DNA from: Malacoraja senta
Taxonomy: Eukaryota
Length of the DNA stretch: 64,000 nucleotides
Assembly: GCA_038087875.1 (NCBI GenBank)
Contig: CM075989.1
Span: forward strand, 2,604,001 to 2,668,000
Direction: 5' to 3'
Within the stretch, counting starts at the first letter, position 1. Each line of letters opens with the position of its first letter. Under the pieces are notes generated by a model. That model had not been told where the DNA came from. It saw nothing but the letters and a program-made list of their open reading frames with translations, and did no database searches. This document shows positions 49,945 to 62,341 of this stretch, in pieces. The translations under genes and the position numbers were made by a program.

Positions 49945-50282
49945 GCCTGGATAGGGTGGATGTGGAGAGGATGTTTCCACTAGTCTAGGACCAGACATCA
50001 TAGCCTCAGAATTAAAGGACGTAGCTTTAGGGAGGAGATGAGGAGGAATTTCTTTAGTCAGAGGGTGGTGAATCTGTGGAATTCATTGCCACAGAGGGCT
50101 GTGGAGACCAAGACAGTGGATATTTTTAAGGCAGAGATAGATAGATGCTTGATTAGTACAGGTGTCAGAGGTTATGGGGAGAAGGGGGTTAGGAGGGAGA
50201 GATAGATCAGCCATGTAGACGGAGTAGACTTGATGGGCTGATCGGCCTAATTCTGTGCCTATCACTTATGAACTTATGAACT
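49945..50282 (+). mobile_element. CR1 LINE 3' end
   Basis: ttctttagtcagagggtggtgaatctgtggaattcattgcc; tail (cttatgaa)n. Confidence 0.8.
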
Positions 50283-50952
50283 CATTATTACATTCTCCAG
50301 GGTAAATCTGGCCTTCCCAATGTCCCTGCATCCGCTACCTTGCACATGATATTAAGAGGCCATCAAGTGTTTTGAGACTGTGTTGTAGAACTACAACAAG
50401 TCTGACTTAACTGAAACTGTTGATCTACACATCTCTCTTTCTTCCCGTTAGTTTTCCGTGGGTGTTCCTATTCCCATTCCCTTGCTGTGCTCTTCCAACC
50501 CAATCCCACCCTTCCCAAATCCACGGTTAATTGGGAAGTTGCTGAGGCTGTTATCTCACTGAAGATGTATTACTTTACTGAGGATAGACACAAAACGCTG
50601 GAGTAACTCAGCGGGTCAGGCAGCATCCCTGGAGTAAAGGAATAGGTGATGTTTCGGGTGGGAACCCATCTTCAGACTGAGAGTCGGGGAAAAGGAAACG
50701 AGAGATATAGGTGATTGTGAGAGACATAGAACAAATGAATGAAGGATATGCGGAAAAGTAATGATGATGAAGGAAACAGGCCATTGTTAGTTGTGGGCTA
50801 GGTGAAAACGAGTTACAGACAATGAAACTCACCAGGTCGACATTGAAACTAGTACACCGATTTTACCTTGGATTACAGTAGTAAATAAAATGCTGGAGAA
50901 ACTCAGCGGGTGCTTACCCTGGAGAACATAATGTTTGAAGCAAGAATGGAGG

Positions 50953-51002
50953 GGAAACATCAAGGAAACATCAAGGAAACATCAAGGAAACATCAAGGAA
51001 AC
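50953..51002. repeat. 11-bp tandem repeat (ggaaacatcaa) x4
   Basis: Directly visible. Confidence 0.9.
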
Positions 51003-51529
51003 CACTCAGTGTCAATGGACGGACTGTGATGGAAATGAAGATTTATTTGACTGGATTTGGCTTAGCACAGTCACAATACATAAAAGGGATTTTAAAGACA
51101 GACGCAGACTAATTCTGACATGATCTGACTCAATATAGAACATATGTATAAACATATATTTTATCATTGAACAAATTTATTTGAGGGACAAATCGAATTA
51201 CACATTTCAAACAATGCATTGACCGCTGATGTTTTGAGTATGATTGGCAGTCGCTTTTCAATTAAGTTGACGGTTTGTTAAGCCCACATGTCTTTGAAAC
51301 AGCAGTTAAGTAGAGCAAATTGTTTAAATCACTCAGACAGATCAAGGTAGTCAGATCCCATCCTTGGAAAATTATAGCCACAGGTTAATTACAAACCAAC
51401 AGTTTGGAATGTGAATTATATTCTCATTGAGAAGTGTTCCTGTAAAACATTGAGGCACAGTAACTTTGAACGATGTGTCATATTAATTTATTATTATTAT
51501 TATTATTATTATTAGTTGATTGATTAGCA

Positions 51530-51995
51530 TATTAGTTTAGTTTAGATAAACATACCCTTCGTCCCACTAAATCCAGCGATCAATATCCTACACACACGAG
51601 AGACAATTTACAATTATACCAAGCCAATTAACCTACAAACCTGAGGTAGACACAAAGTGCTGGAGTAACTCAGCGGGACAGGCAGCATCTCTGGAGAGTA
51701 AGAATGGGTGATGTTTCGGGTCAGACCCTGCTAAACGTCACCCATTCCTTCTCTCCAGAGATGCTGCCTGACCTGCTGAGTTACTACAGCATTTTGCGTT
51801 CACCTTCGATTTAAACCAGCATCTGCAGTTCTTTCGTTCTCGACCTACAAGCCTGTACGTCTTTGGATTGTGGGAGGAAGCTGGAGCACCCGGGGAAAAC
51901 CCACGCAGGTCACGGGGAGAACGTACAAACTCCGCACAGACAGCACCGGTGGTGAGGATCGAACCCGCGCTGGAAGGCAGCAATTCTACCACTGC
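51530..51995 (-). mobile_element. HE1-type SINE interrupted by a Penelope-derived hairpin (about 51644-51842)
   Basis: SINE split with duplication acctacaa(a/g)cctg flanking the hairpin. Confidence 0.75.
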
Positions 51996-52625
51996 ACATT
52001 TTGTGTCCTTCCGATTTAAACCTATTACAGAGAGGTTTTTGTAAATTATGATCAGATACTTCCCTGGATTTCAGACGTATTCAGAGGAAGATAAGACTCT
52101 TTTTAAAATATGATCAGCTAACGTATCACCAGTTATATTGACAAAAAGGACCAATATATATAAATCTAGACTGCAAAAATCTCGTGCTGTCTAATGGCAC
52201 CATTGTGAGTGGAAATGACTGGCTATAAGAAATAAAGCACACGGCATACAGAAAGTGTTCATTGTTCATTTAAAGAGCCTCTCTAGCCTTGAAGCGAGAA
52301 ACGGTTCCTTTGTAGCAACAGTTCAGGGCAAGAACAACACTCCTTATCATGTCACAAAATTGCAAAGCAAGGTGATTCAAACAAAGCCTCATGCAAGCAG
52401 CAACGAACGCTAAAGGCATGATTGGAAATGACAACTGTTGCACTCGCAGTGGGAATAATGTCATTAGGTAGCTTCTGCATTGCGATATTATCTGGAATAA
52501 AATATAACAGCAAAGCCGACAATTTGAAATTGCAACTGTTTCAGAGTGTGAGAATGTTTGAAAGGATAAAACAAGTGGGACCTGATTATTGCTGTTTAAG
52601 GTGCCAGATACCTACAGAATAAATA

Positions 52626-53786
52626 GGGGGGTTGCATGTAAGGTCATCGGGTCAAAGGGCGTGGCGAACGGAGCAGCTCAATCCATGTGGAGGACATGGC
52701 AGCTTCCGGCATATACTGTTAATACACAAAACGCCTACTTTCTTACCATTAAATAACGCCAAAATTGTCATTTATCCTACTTCAGAATTCCAAACGTGAG
52801 GAGAAATTATGGTAGAGAGAAGCGAGAGCTGAAGGGACAACAACAGCTAAATGGTTGGTGAACATTGGCCGTGCAGATATCAAGATTGAAAATATTGGGA
52901 ATTATCGCGTTTGCTCACTGCATTTCATCAACAGTAAGGCATTATTTGTGTTTTTTCTTGATTCCTTTGGTATCTAAAAAGTTTCAGAAGTGAATTGGGT
53001 TTTTACATACAAAAAGAAAACGCTTCTGAAGCTAAATTTATCATTAAAAAAACCTCCAGACTTACGAGTGGTGTGTGGAAAAGTACGTTTTCTATCATTA
53101 TGCTATTGAGATGTATATTTCGGCAAATAATAAAATGTCCTGACAGCTTAACTCCATTTCAAAGATATTGTCAATTTGCTGAGGTTGATTATGTCCAATT
53201 AACAGCTAACAATTATGCCATCCCTTGGCTTGCATCTGAGTCAAATGTAATTCAAAACCCACGTATGGTTTGCAATTTTTTTAATGATGAATTTTGCTTC
53301 AGAAGCGTTTTCATTTTGTATGTAAAAACCCACTTGAGAACCATGGGCGTTTAAAAAATTTTACAGCCAGATTTATCACTTCTGAAACTTTTTAGATATC
53401 AAAGGAATCAAGAAAAACACAATGCCTTAGTTGATGAAATACAGTGAGCAAATGCGATAATTGCCAATATTTTCAATCTTGATATCTGCATGGCCAATGT
53501 TCGCCAACCACTTTAGCTGTTGTTGTCCCTACAGCTGTCGCTTCTATCTACCGTCATTTCTCCCCACTTTTGGAATTCTGAAGTAGGATAAATGTCTCTC
53601 ACGCTTACCCCGATATCCATAATTATTTACAGCGCAAAAATTGACCATTTCGGCGTTTTTTAACAGGCCTGCTACGCTGGAAACAATGGTAAGTGCTTAC
53701 CTGCGGTTCATCGCATGTACTCCAGTTGGCGTTGCATGGCAACAGTACAGGTCACGGGTCATGACCCGACTGCCGTGCAACCTCCC
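52626..53786. mobile_element. Non-autonomous foldback DNA transposon, superfamily uncertain
   Basis: Termini TA|ggggggttgcatg ... cgtgcaacctccc|TA; long internal inverted arms 52769-52993 / 53376-53594 and 52997-53052 / 53275-53331. Confidence 0.75.
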
Positions 53787-54145
53787 TATAGCAAACGTGC
53801 TTGGATTGTTTAAAAATATCACAATTGTTTGCGCGGAGTACTGAGCCTTAGCTTAACAAGGGCTCAAGGAATGTGCTTAACATAGGATAAGAGTTCATGC
53901 TAATGCTAAAGAATAGGGTGGCAAAACGGCCAATTACCTGGTTTGAAATACGGAAGGATTCTGGTGGAGTTTGGTTTTACTCTGCTATTTCCTTCCTCTC
54001 CATCATAGCCCCAGGTCCCCAGGTGGAGGAGGAGAGGCAAATTATTTTGCCCTTGCATATTAACACTCGTTTCCTGCTTAATACCCAAACTAACCCGGAC
54101 CTTTACAATTATAGGGTGTAATACCAAGGAAATATTCAATGTAGT

Positions 54146-54450
54146 GGCGGCACAGTGGCACAGCGGTGCAGTTGCTGCCTTATCTACAGCACTAGAGACC
54201 CAGGTTCAAACCCGACTACGGGTGCTGTCTGTACGGAGTTTGTACATTCTCCCCATTGAACTGTGTGGGTTTTCTCCGGTTTCCTCCCACATTCCAAAGA
54301 TGTACAGGTTTGTAGATCATTTGGCCTGATATAAATGGAAATTGTCCCAAAGGTGTATAGGATAGTGTTAGTATGCGGGGATCGCTGGTTGGTGTGGACT
54401 TGGTGGGCCGAAGGGCCTGTATCTATCTCTAAACTAAACTGAACTAAACT
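54146..54450 (+). mobile_element. HE1-type SINE
   Basis: Head, core and (ctaaa)n tail. Confidence 0.85.
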
Positions 54451-55006
54451 TAAATACAATTTGGAAACTATGATTCAAGCAGAGAGGGCTCCAGGAGTCC
54501 ATTTGGCGTTTAGGCAGTGCACCAGATACAACAAATTATGCTTTTTATTTATGCCTTTACAGGGAAAGGTTTCTCAGCTTCATTGGCTGGATACAAGCCG
54601 GGATCTCTGACTCTGACCCTCACCACCTCCCCAGGTGCTTTCCCCTGTAACCGCAGGAGATGCAACACCTGTCCCTTGGCCTCTTCCCCCACCCCCATCC
54701 CAGGGACCCCAGTATGATCAGTCTGAAGAAAGGTCTTGACCCGAAACATCACCCATTCTCTCCAGAGATGCTGCCTGTCCCGCTGAGTTACTCCAGCATT
54801 TTGTGTCTATCCGATTTAAACCAGCATCTTCAGTTCTTTCCTACACCCCAGTAGTCATTCCAAGTGAGGCAGAGGTTCAAGTCCACAGTTATTGTCATGC
54901 ACTTCCTCTCACCTCATCTACTGCAACTGGTCATCTGAACGTGACCTCCTGTACATCTGCGAGACCAAGCGTAGACTCGATGGCTGTTTCACCAAACACT
55001 TGTACA

Positions 55007-55685
55007 CTTCCGCAAAGACCGCTCCCTCCGTAACTCCCTGGTCAATTCTTCCCTTTCCCACCCGCACCACCCCCTCCCCGGGCACTTTCCCTTGCAACCG
55101 CAAGAGATGCTACACTTGTCGCTTTACCTCCCCCCTCGACTCCATTCAAGGACCCAAGCAGTCATTCCAGGTGCGACAGAGGTTCACCTGCACCTCCTCC
55201 AACCTCATCTATTGCATCCGCTGCTCTAGATGTCAGCTGATCTACATCGGTGAGACCAAGCGTAGGCTTGGCGATCGCTTCGCCGAACACCTCCGCATTA
55301 ACCAACCTGATCTCCCTGTGGCTCAGCACTTCAGCTCCCCCTCCCATTCCGAATCCGACCTCTCTGTCCTGGGCCTCCTCCATGGCCAGAGTGAGCACCA
55401 CCGGAAATTGGAGGAGCAGCACCTCATATTCCGCTTGGGCAGTTTGCACCCTAGCGGAATAAACATTGAATTCTCCAATTTCCGGTAGCCCTTGCTGTCT
55501 CCTCCCCTTCTCAGCTCTCCCTCAGCCCTCGGGCTCCTCCCATTCCTTTTTCCTTTCTTCTCCTCGCACCCCCCCCCCCACCCTACATCAGTCTGAAGAA
55601 GGGTTTCGACCCGAAACGTTGCCTATTTCCTTCGCTCCGTAGATGCTGCTGCATCCGCTGAGTTTCTCCAGCACTTTTGTCTACC
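55007..55685 (+). mobile_element. Young Penelope-like element 3' fragment encoding an intact GIY-YIG endonuclease C-terminus (stop at 55488)
   Basis: PGTFPCNRKRCYTC...FTCTSSNLIYCIRCSRCQLIYIGETKRRLGDRFAEH...VAQHF...EQHLIFRLGSLHPSGIN. Confidence 0.9.
55588..55625 (+). ncRNA. Minimal hammerhead-ribozyme-like motif in the Penelope terminal repeat
   Basis: CTGAAGA-a-GGGT ttcg ACCC-GAAA-CGTT: core CUGANGA, stem II, GAAA and a palindromic stem III remnant; stem I pairing is weak. Confidence 0.5.
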
Positions 55686-56981
55686 CCCGGTCCATCAAGG
55701 CCTACTGGATCTCCCATTTGCTAATCATTCTAACTCCTCTTCCCTTTCCACACTGACCTTTCTCTCCTCGGCCTCCTTCTTTGGCAGAGTGAGGAACAGC
55801 ACCTCTTATTCAGCTTGGGCAGCTGACAACCCAATGGCATGAACACTTGAAATCTCCATTTTTAGTTAACTACAAAACATCCCCCCTCTCCCTTCTCCCC
55901 CCACCCCTCCTTGCTCTTCTTCTCCTCTCCCCTGTGCTCCACCTGGACTCTACCTATTATTCCCCTCTCCCCCTTCCCCCTTCCATTCCTTCCTCGAGCT
56001 TCACAATTCGCAACTCTTCAAATCCTTTTGTCTCACACCTTCTGTATTTTCATCTCTGGCCTTTGTCCAATTATTTACCGATCAAAATCCCTCCTCACCT
56101 CCATCAATCTATTACCTGCCAGACTTTATCCTGCCCCTTCTTTCTTCCATCTTGCCCACCCCCCCCCCACGCCCCTGTCAAACTGCCACCTATTCCTTCT
56201 CTCCAGAGATGCTACCTGACCCATTGAGATACTGCAACATTTTGTGTCTATCTTTGGTGCAAACCAGCATCTGCAGTTGCTTCCAACGCAACAGCTTTGC
56301 TATATTTGTCCCTCATTAATGCAACTATACTAAGTGAAAAATTATCCCAAGGGCTCTTGGAAGAAGTTAGCATGTCGCTCTATAATCCCTCCCACAAGGG
56401 TAATGACTTGAACTAAAGCGACCTCCAATGAGTACAACAAGATCTTATCCAGCAGATTATTGTGGGAGCCAAGAGGTTTTTTGAATGAATATAGTTTGTC
56501 CTCCAAGATCTCAATGCAATGCATATTTAATTCACAGGATTAACAATCTCAAATCCCCCCTCCTTCAATGCAAAGTGTTTTAATTATTGCTCCAAATGGT
56601 TACTTTAACAGTTTATTAGTCACTAAGTGCCAAAGAGGAACCATTACAAACATCAGATCTGCATTGTTTCAAATTGTCGCATTACTGTAATTAAAAAACA
56701 GCAGGTTTCTGCATCAAATTGCCTTTTGTATTTTGCGGTGCGCTGGTCACAGCAGTGTTTACTTCAGATAAACACATCACAAGTAATTATAGGGACAGAT
56801 AATGCACTGAAATAAAGACACAATGAACTGCAGATGCTGGCTTACAAAACAAAGACACAAAGTGCTGGATTAACCCATTCTACATTGGAACGAGGTTCTG
56901 TCTCACCTTCCCACCACAGTATGGCCGCTGAGGTCCTGGGCTTCGCACTGCCCACCTGCGGTCAGGTGTTGAGGATAACCT

Positions 56982-57238
56982 TGGTGGCGCAGCGGTAGAG
57001 TTGCTGCCTCACGGCACCAGAGACCCGGGTTCGATCCTGACTATGTGTGCTGTCTGTACGGAGTTTGCACATTCTCCCCGTGACCACATGGGGTTTCCTC
57101 CCACATTCCTATGACGTACAGGTTTGTAGGTTAATTGGCTTGGTATAAATGTAGAATTGTCCCTGGTGTGTGTGGGATAGTGCGGGGACCACTGGTCGAT
57201 CCGCACGAAGGGCCTGTTTCCAAACGAAACTAAACTAA
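56982..57238 (+). mobile_element. HE1-type SINE
   Basis: ggtggcgcagcggtagagttgctgcctcacggc head; B box gggttcgatcc. Confidence 0.85.
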
Positions 57239-57989
57239 CTCAGCGTACATTGCAAGAGGTCTCGCCCTTCCCCCATGATATGAATCACTGAGGTCTGGCC
57301 TTAACACCCGGCCGCTGCAGTTTGGAGAATATATTAGTGCTGTGAAAAATTCAAGAGTGTTTCTGCACTTGAGTCCCCCAGCATGGGTGAAGTGGGCAAT
57401 GATGTGAACTGCGTGCTGCTAGACTGATACATCATGACATTCCCGACTCCCCTACAACACCACTCCACTCTCCCCCGACCCCAGGAACAAGCAGCAATGC
57501 TGAATACACACTCGGCAGCCCTCACTTGATGGCCCCTGGTGTCTCCCGTGCATCATGGCCAACATGTCAAGACTGTCTGAAAAATATTCAAATGAGCTGG
57601 ATTAGCGTTATTGGGCAGAGCCAGTTCTTACATTCAGGGAACACAGACATTTATCAGTTTATAACATCATCCAATGTTCCAGCTCAGAAGGCCTCTGCTT
57701 GCATCTTATCGCTCCACGCAATGAATAACCACTCTCTCCAGTTCCTGCAAAATCACATTCTCTTTCCTTCAATTTGCTTATTTGCTTTAAAAGGAATTAT
57801 AGACTTTGCTTCAATGACATTTTGTGCTTGAGAGGAGCTTTATTTTAACTATCCCTTGTGTCGAGGATTTTAAAGAAATCCAGGTGAATTTTTTTAGTTG
57901 TAATTATCCCATGTTTATGCCCTGTGGTGATCATCTTGTCAAACAGAGGGAAGTAGTGTGTGGTAAACACCATTTATCCCATCACACCG

Positions 57990-58500
57990 AAGATAGACAC
58001 TAAATGCTGGAGTAACTCAGCGGGTTACGCAGCATCTCTGGAGAAAAGGAATGGGTGACATTTCTAGTCGTGACCATTCTTCAGACTGAGAGCCATGGGA
58101 TAGGGAGTCTAGAGATATGGAAGGGTGAGGTGTGAAAACAGCAGATCAAAGCAGATGGTGATAAGGAAATGTAGAATGGTTCATTGTTAGCTGAGGGGGG
58201 GGGGGGTGACAATGAGGCATACAACCAGTAAACTTAAGATGAAGGACATTGAAACTAGTCAGAAAAATATGATGAGGGAGGGACAGAGAAAGAAGGGATG
58301 AAAGAGTTACTTGAATTTAGAGAAATCAATATTCATACCGCTGGGCAGTACGCTGCTCAAGTGAATTAGGAGGCGCTGTTCCTTCAATTTACTCTAATAG
58401 TGGAGGAGGTCCAGGACAGAAAAGTCAGCATAGGAATGGTAAGGGGAGTTAAAGTGTTTAGCAACTAGGAGATCACGTAGGCCTAGGTTGAATGAGCGGA
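57990..58500 (-). mobile_element. Penelope-like element 3' fragment
   Basis: Reverse complement of the terminal repeat plus LLVAKHFNSPYHSYADFSVL. Confidence 0.7.
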
Positions 58501-59542
58501 GTTCAGCCTTCCTACACATTAAAGATGCATCAGTTGCAATAAATGTATTGGTTAGAGCTGCTGACTCACAGCACCAGTAACCCACGTTCGACCCTGACCT
58601 AGTTTGCTGTCTGTGTGGAGTTTGCATGATTTCCTTATGACCGTGAGGGTTTTCTCTGGGTGCTCCGGTTTCCTTCCACATCCCAAAGATGTTTACGTTT
58701 GAGGATTAATTGTCCTCTGTGAATTGCCCTGAGAGTGCAGGGAGTGGATGGGAAAGTGGGACAACATAGAACATAGATTAGCACGGGTGTCAGGGGTTAT
58801 GAGGAGAACTCAGAAGAATGGGGTTAGGAAGAAGCGATAGATCAGCCATGATTGAATGGTGGGGTAGGCTTGATGGGCCGAATGGCCTAATTCTGCTCCA
58901 ATCACATATGACCTTATGATCAAAACAAAAAATGTCAAACTTCTCTGGCGGAATATTGACATGCAAGCAGAAAGTCGGGAATCTTTCCAAGTGAGTCAAC
59001 AACATCCACAAGAGGAAACAAGGTAAGAAATTGTCTACCACTTCTCAAACCATGAGTAGGGTCATCAACTTCTGTTTAATTTTGAGTGCTTGCCCACTCC
59101 CACCCCCACCTCATTCCCCCCACCCCCACCCTCCAGATGGTTCATGACAGCTGCAAAAGCTCGTATTTGGACCACACTTGGGGACTGTGGTCAGTTCTGG
59201 GCAGAACACTGCAGGAAGGATCCATTGGCCCTGCTAGTGGAAATTCACACTCCACTGCAAGAGCTTTAAATTACAAAGGGGAATTAAATTAAAAATTACT
59301 TTCACATGGTTTGAAGCAAAGATTTTAAAGATATATTGAGAGAACTGAGAGGATCGCCAGTGAGAAGCTGCTTCCACCATCATTGTCTATTGGCTGGAAT
59401 GTAACTTGGTGAGCGGGGACAAGCCCGCCAGTAGGCCCGGTTCGCCCGCTGCGGACCGGGGACTCGCTCACCGAGGACGAGGAACTTCTGAACGAGAAGC
59501 TGAATGACCCGCTGAGGTACTCCAGCTTTTTAAGGTCACAAG

Positions 59543-61060
59543 GTCAGATTCAGATCAGATTCAGATTCAACTTTATTGTCATTGTGCAGTGTACAGTACA
59601 GAGACAACGAAATGCAGTTAGCACCTCCCTAGAAGAGCGACATAAATATGAGCAGTAAATAAATAAATCTAATAATCCTGGTGGGAGGAGTGTCCGGGGG
59701 GGGGGGGGGGGGGTGGTGATTGGCAGTCACTGAGGTACAGTGTTGAGTAGTGTAACCGCCGCAGGGAAGAAGCTGTTTCTGGACCTGCTGGTCCGACAAC
59801 GGAGAGACCTGTAGCGCCTCCCGAATGGTAGGAGGGTAAACAGTCTGTGGTTGGGGTGAGAGCAGTCCATGACGATGCTGAGTGCCCTTCGCAGACAGCG
59901 CTTGCTTTGGACAGACTCAATGGTGGGGAGTGAGGAACCGGTGATGCGTTGGGCAATTTTCACCACCCTCTGCAGTGCTTTCCGGTCGGAAACAGAGCAG
60001 TTGCCATACCATACTGTGATACAGTTGGTAAGGATGCTCTCGATGGTGCAGCAGTAGAAGTTCACCAGAATCGGAGGAGACAGATGGACCTTCTTTAGTC
60101 TCCTCAGGAAGAAGAGACGCTGGTGAGCCTTCTTGACCAGAGTTGAGGTATTGTGGGTTCAAAAGAGGTCATCGGAGATGTTGACCCTCAGGAACATGAA
60201 GCTGGAAACACGTTCCACCTCTGTCCCGTTAATGTGGATGGGGGTGTGCATGCCGCCCCTAGACTTCCTGAAGTCTACAATGAGCTCCTTGGTCTTCTTG
60301 GAGTTAAGGGCCAGGTTGTTGTCAGCGCACCATGCTGCTAGGAGCTGGACCTCCTCCCTATAGGCCGACTCATCGTTGTCACTGATGAGGCCAATCACCA
60401 TTGTATCATCTGCATACTTGATGATGGTGTTAGTACCATGTACAGGTGTGCAGTCGTAGGTGAAGAGGGAGTAGAGGAGGGGGCTCAGCACACAGCCCTG
60501 TGGAACGCCGGTGTTCAGGGTGAGGGTTGAAGAGGTGTGCTTGTCTAACCTAACAGACTGGGGTCTGTTGGTTAGAAAGTCCAGTATCCAGTTGCAGAGG
60601 GAGAGGTCGATGCCCAGGTCACCGAGTTTGGTGATCAGTTTAGAGGGTATGATGGTGTTGAATGCTGAGCTGTAATCGATGAACAGCATTCTTACGTAAG
60701 TGTCTCTGTTGTCGAGGTGAGAGAGGGCGGAGTGAAGTGCCGTTGAGATGGCATCCTCCGTACTCCTGTTCTTGTGGTAGGCAAACTGATAGGGATCCAA
60801 CGTGGGGAGTAGGCAGCACTTGGCGATGATGGGAGTAAGTGCAACTGGGCGGAAGTCGTTGAGGCTTGCCGCAGTGGAGTGTTTTGGCACCGGCACGATG
60901 GAGGTGGATTTAAGGCACGTGGGCACAACTGCTTGGGCAAGTGACAGGTTGAAGATGTCAGTCCAGACGTCTGTCAGCTGCGCAGCACAGGCACTGAGGA
61001 CGCGCCCGGGGATGCCGTCAGGGCCAGCAGCCTTACGTGCATTAGTCCTACTCAGTGCCA
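59543..61060 (-). mobile_element. Rex1/Babar-like non-LTR retrotransposon, 5'-truncated
   Basis: [74 protein letters not shown]; (tcagat)n tail. Confidence 0.9.
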
Positions 61061-61249
61061 GTAGGGGGTGAGTGAGAGGCTGGCTGGCTGGCCCTCCGCG
61101 GGCTACGGACTCGGCCCCGAGCCACTAGTGACGACGGAACCCGTGCTGCCGAGAGCGAGGAGGTACCCACACTGCCGGGAGAGTAGATGGTCCATCAAGA
61201 GAGCGAGAAGGGATGACAAGTCCGACCAGGCGGGAGGCTGCTGAGAATA

Positions 61250-61888
61250 CACAATAGACCATAGGTGCAGGAGAAGGCCATTCGGCCCTTCCAGCCAGCA
61301 CCACCATTCAATATGATCATGGCTGATCATCCACAATCAGTACCCCGTTCCTGCCTTCTCCCCATATCTCCTGACTCCGCTATCTTTAAGAGCTCTATCT
61401 AACTCTCTCTTCAAAGCATTCAGAGAATTGGCCTCCACTGCCCTCTGAGGCAGAGAATTCCACAGACTCACAACTCTCTGGGTGAAAAAGTGTTTATTTA
61501 TCTCCGTTCTAAATGCCCTACCCCTTATTCTTAACCAGTGGCCCCTGGTTCCCCAACATCGGGAACATGTTTCCTATCTCTAGCGTGTCCAATCCCTTAA
61601 TAATCTTATATGTTTCAATAAGATCCCCTCTAAATTCCAGAGTGTACAAGCCCAGCCGCTCCATTCTTTCAACATATGACAGTCCCGCCATCCCGGGAAT
61701 TAACCTGGTGAACCTACGCTGCACTCCCTCAATAGCAAGAATGTCCTTCCTCAAATTTGGAGACCAAAACTGCTCACAATATTCCAGGTGTGGTCTCACT
61801 AGGGCCCTGTACAACTGCAGAAGGACCTCTTTGCTGCTATGCTCAACTCCTCTTGTTATGAAGGCCAACTTGCCATTCGCTTTCTTCA
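61250..61888 (-). mobile_element. CR1 LINE 3' fragment
   Basis: VKKANGKLAFITRG...LVRPHLEYC.QFWSP...VQRRFTRLIPGM; tail. Confidence 0.9.
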
Positions 61889-62341
61889 CAATGAAGGGCC
61901 TACCCACACTGCCGGGAGAGTAGATGGTTCTTCGAGAGCGAGGAGAGTTGCCGAGTGCTACCTGGCGGGAGGCCGTCAGGAATGAAGGTGAACCAGGCAG
62001 GGACGTCCGGCGGCAGGCAGTAGATAGGACTATTCTGTGGACTTTTGTAACTTTGTTGGTACCAGATGCATGGTGACACTTGTATACCGCCTCGGTGAGG
62101 TCTGCTGTATGATTTTACCGGGTTGTATGGAAAACACAGTGTTCCACTGTACCTAGGAACACGTGACAATAACGTATCATTGGATCAATGAATCAATGTG
62201 TTGTGAAATATCAGCCATTTCACTTCAAGCTGATACCATTTCTCGGCAATCTTAAGGTCCTGAGCCACTAGCCACTGGCGGCTCCCAGGCTGTTCAGGTG
62301 CTGTGCCATTTATGGAACGAAGAGGCAGATTGTTGACTCAG

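Larger units (their letters stand above)
54620..56285 (+). mobile_element. Older Penelope-like element containing nested younger Penelope insertions
   Basis: PGAFPCNRRRCNTC...YICETKRRL left part resumes at about 55690 (ctactggatctccc...ctaactcc) and ends in the terminal repeat. Confidence 0.65.

Noticed and set aside
52277..52411. Short open frame (SLSSLEARNGSF...) after tttaaag
   Set aside because: No recognisable homology or strong splice sites.
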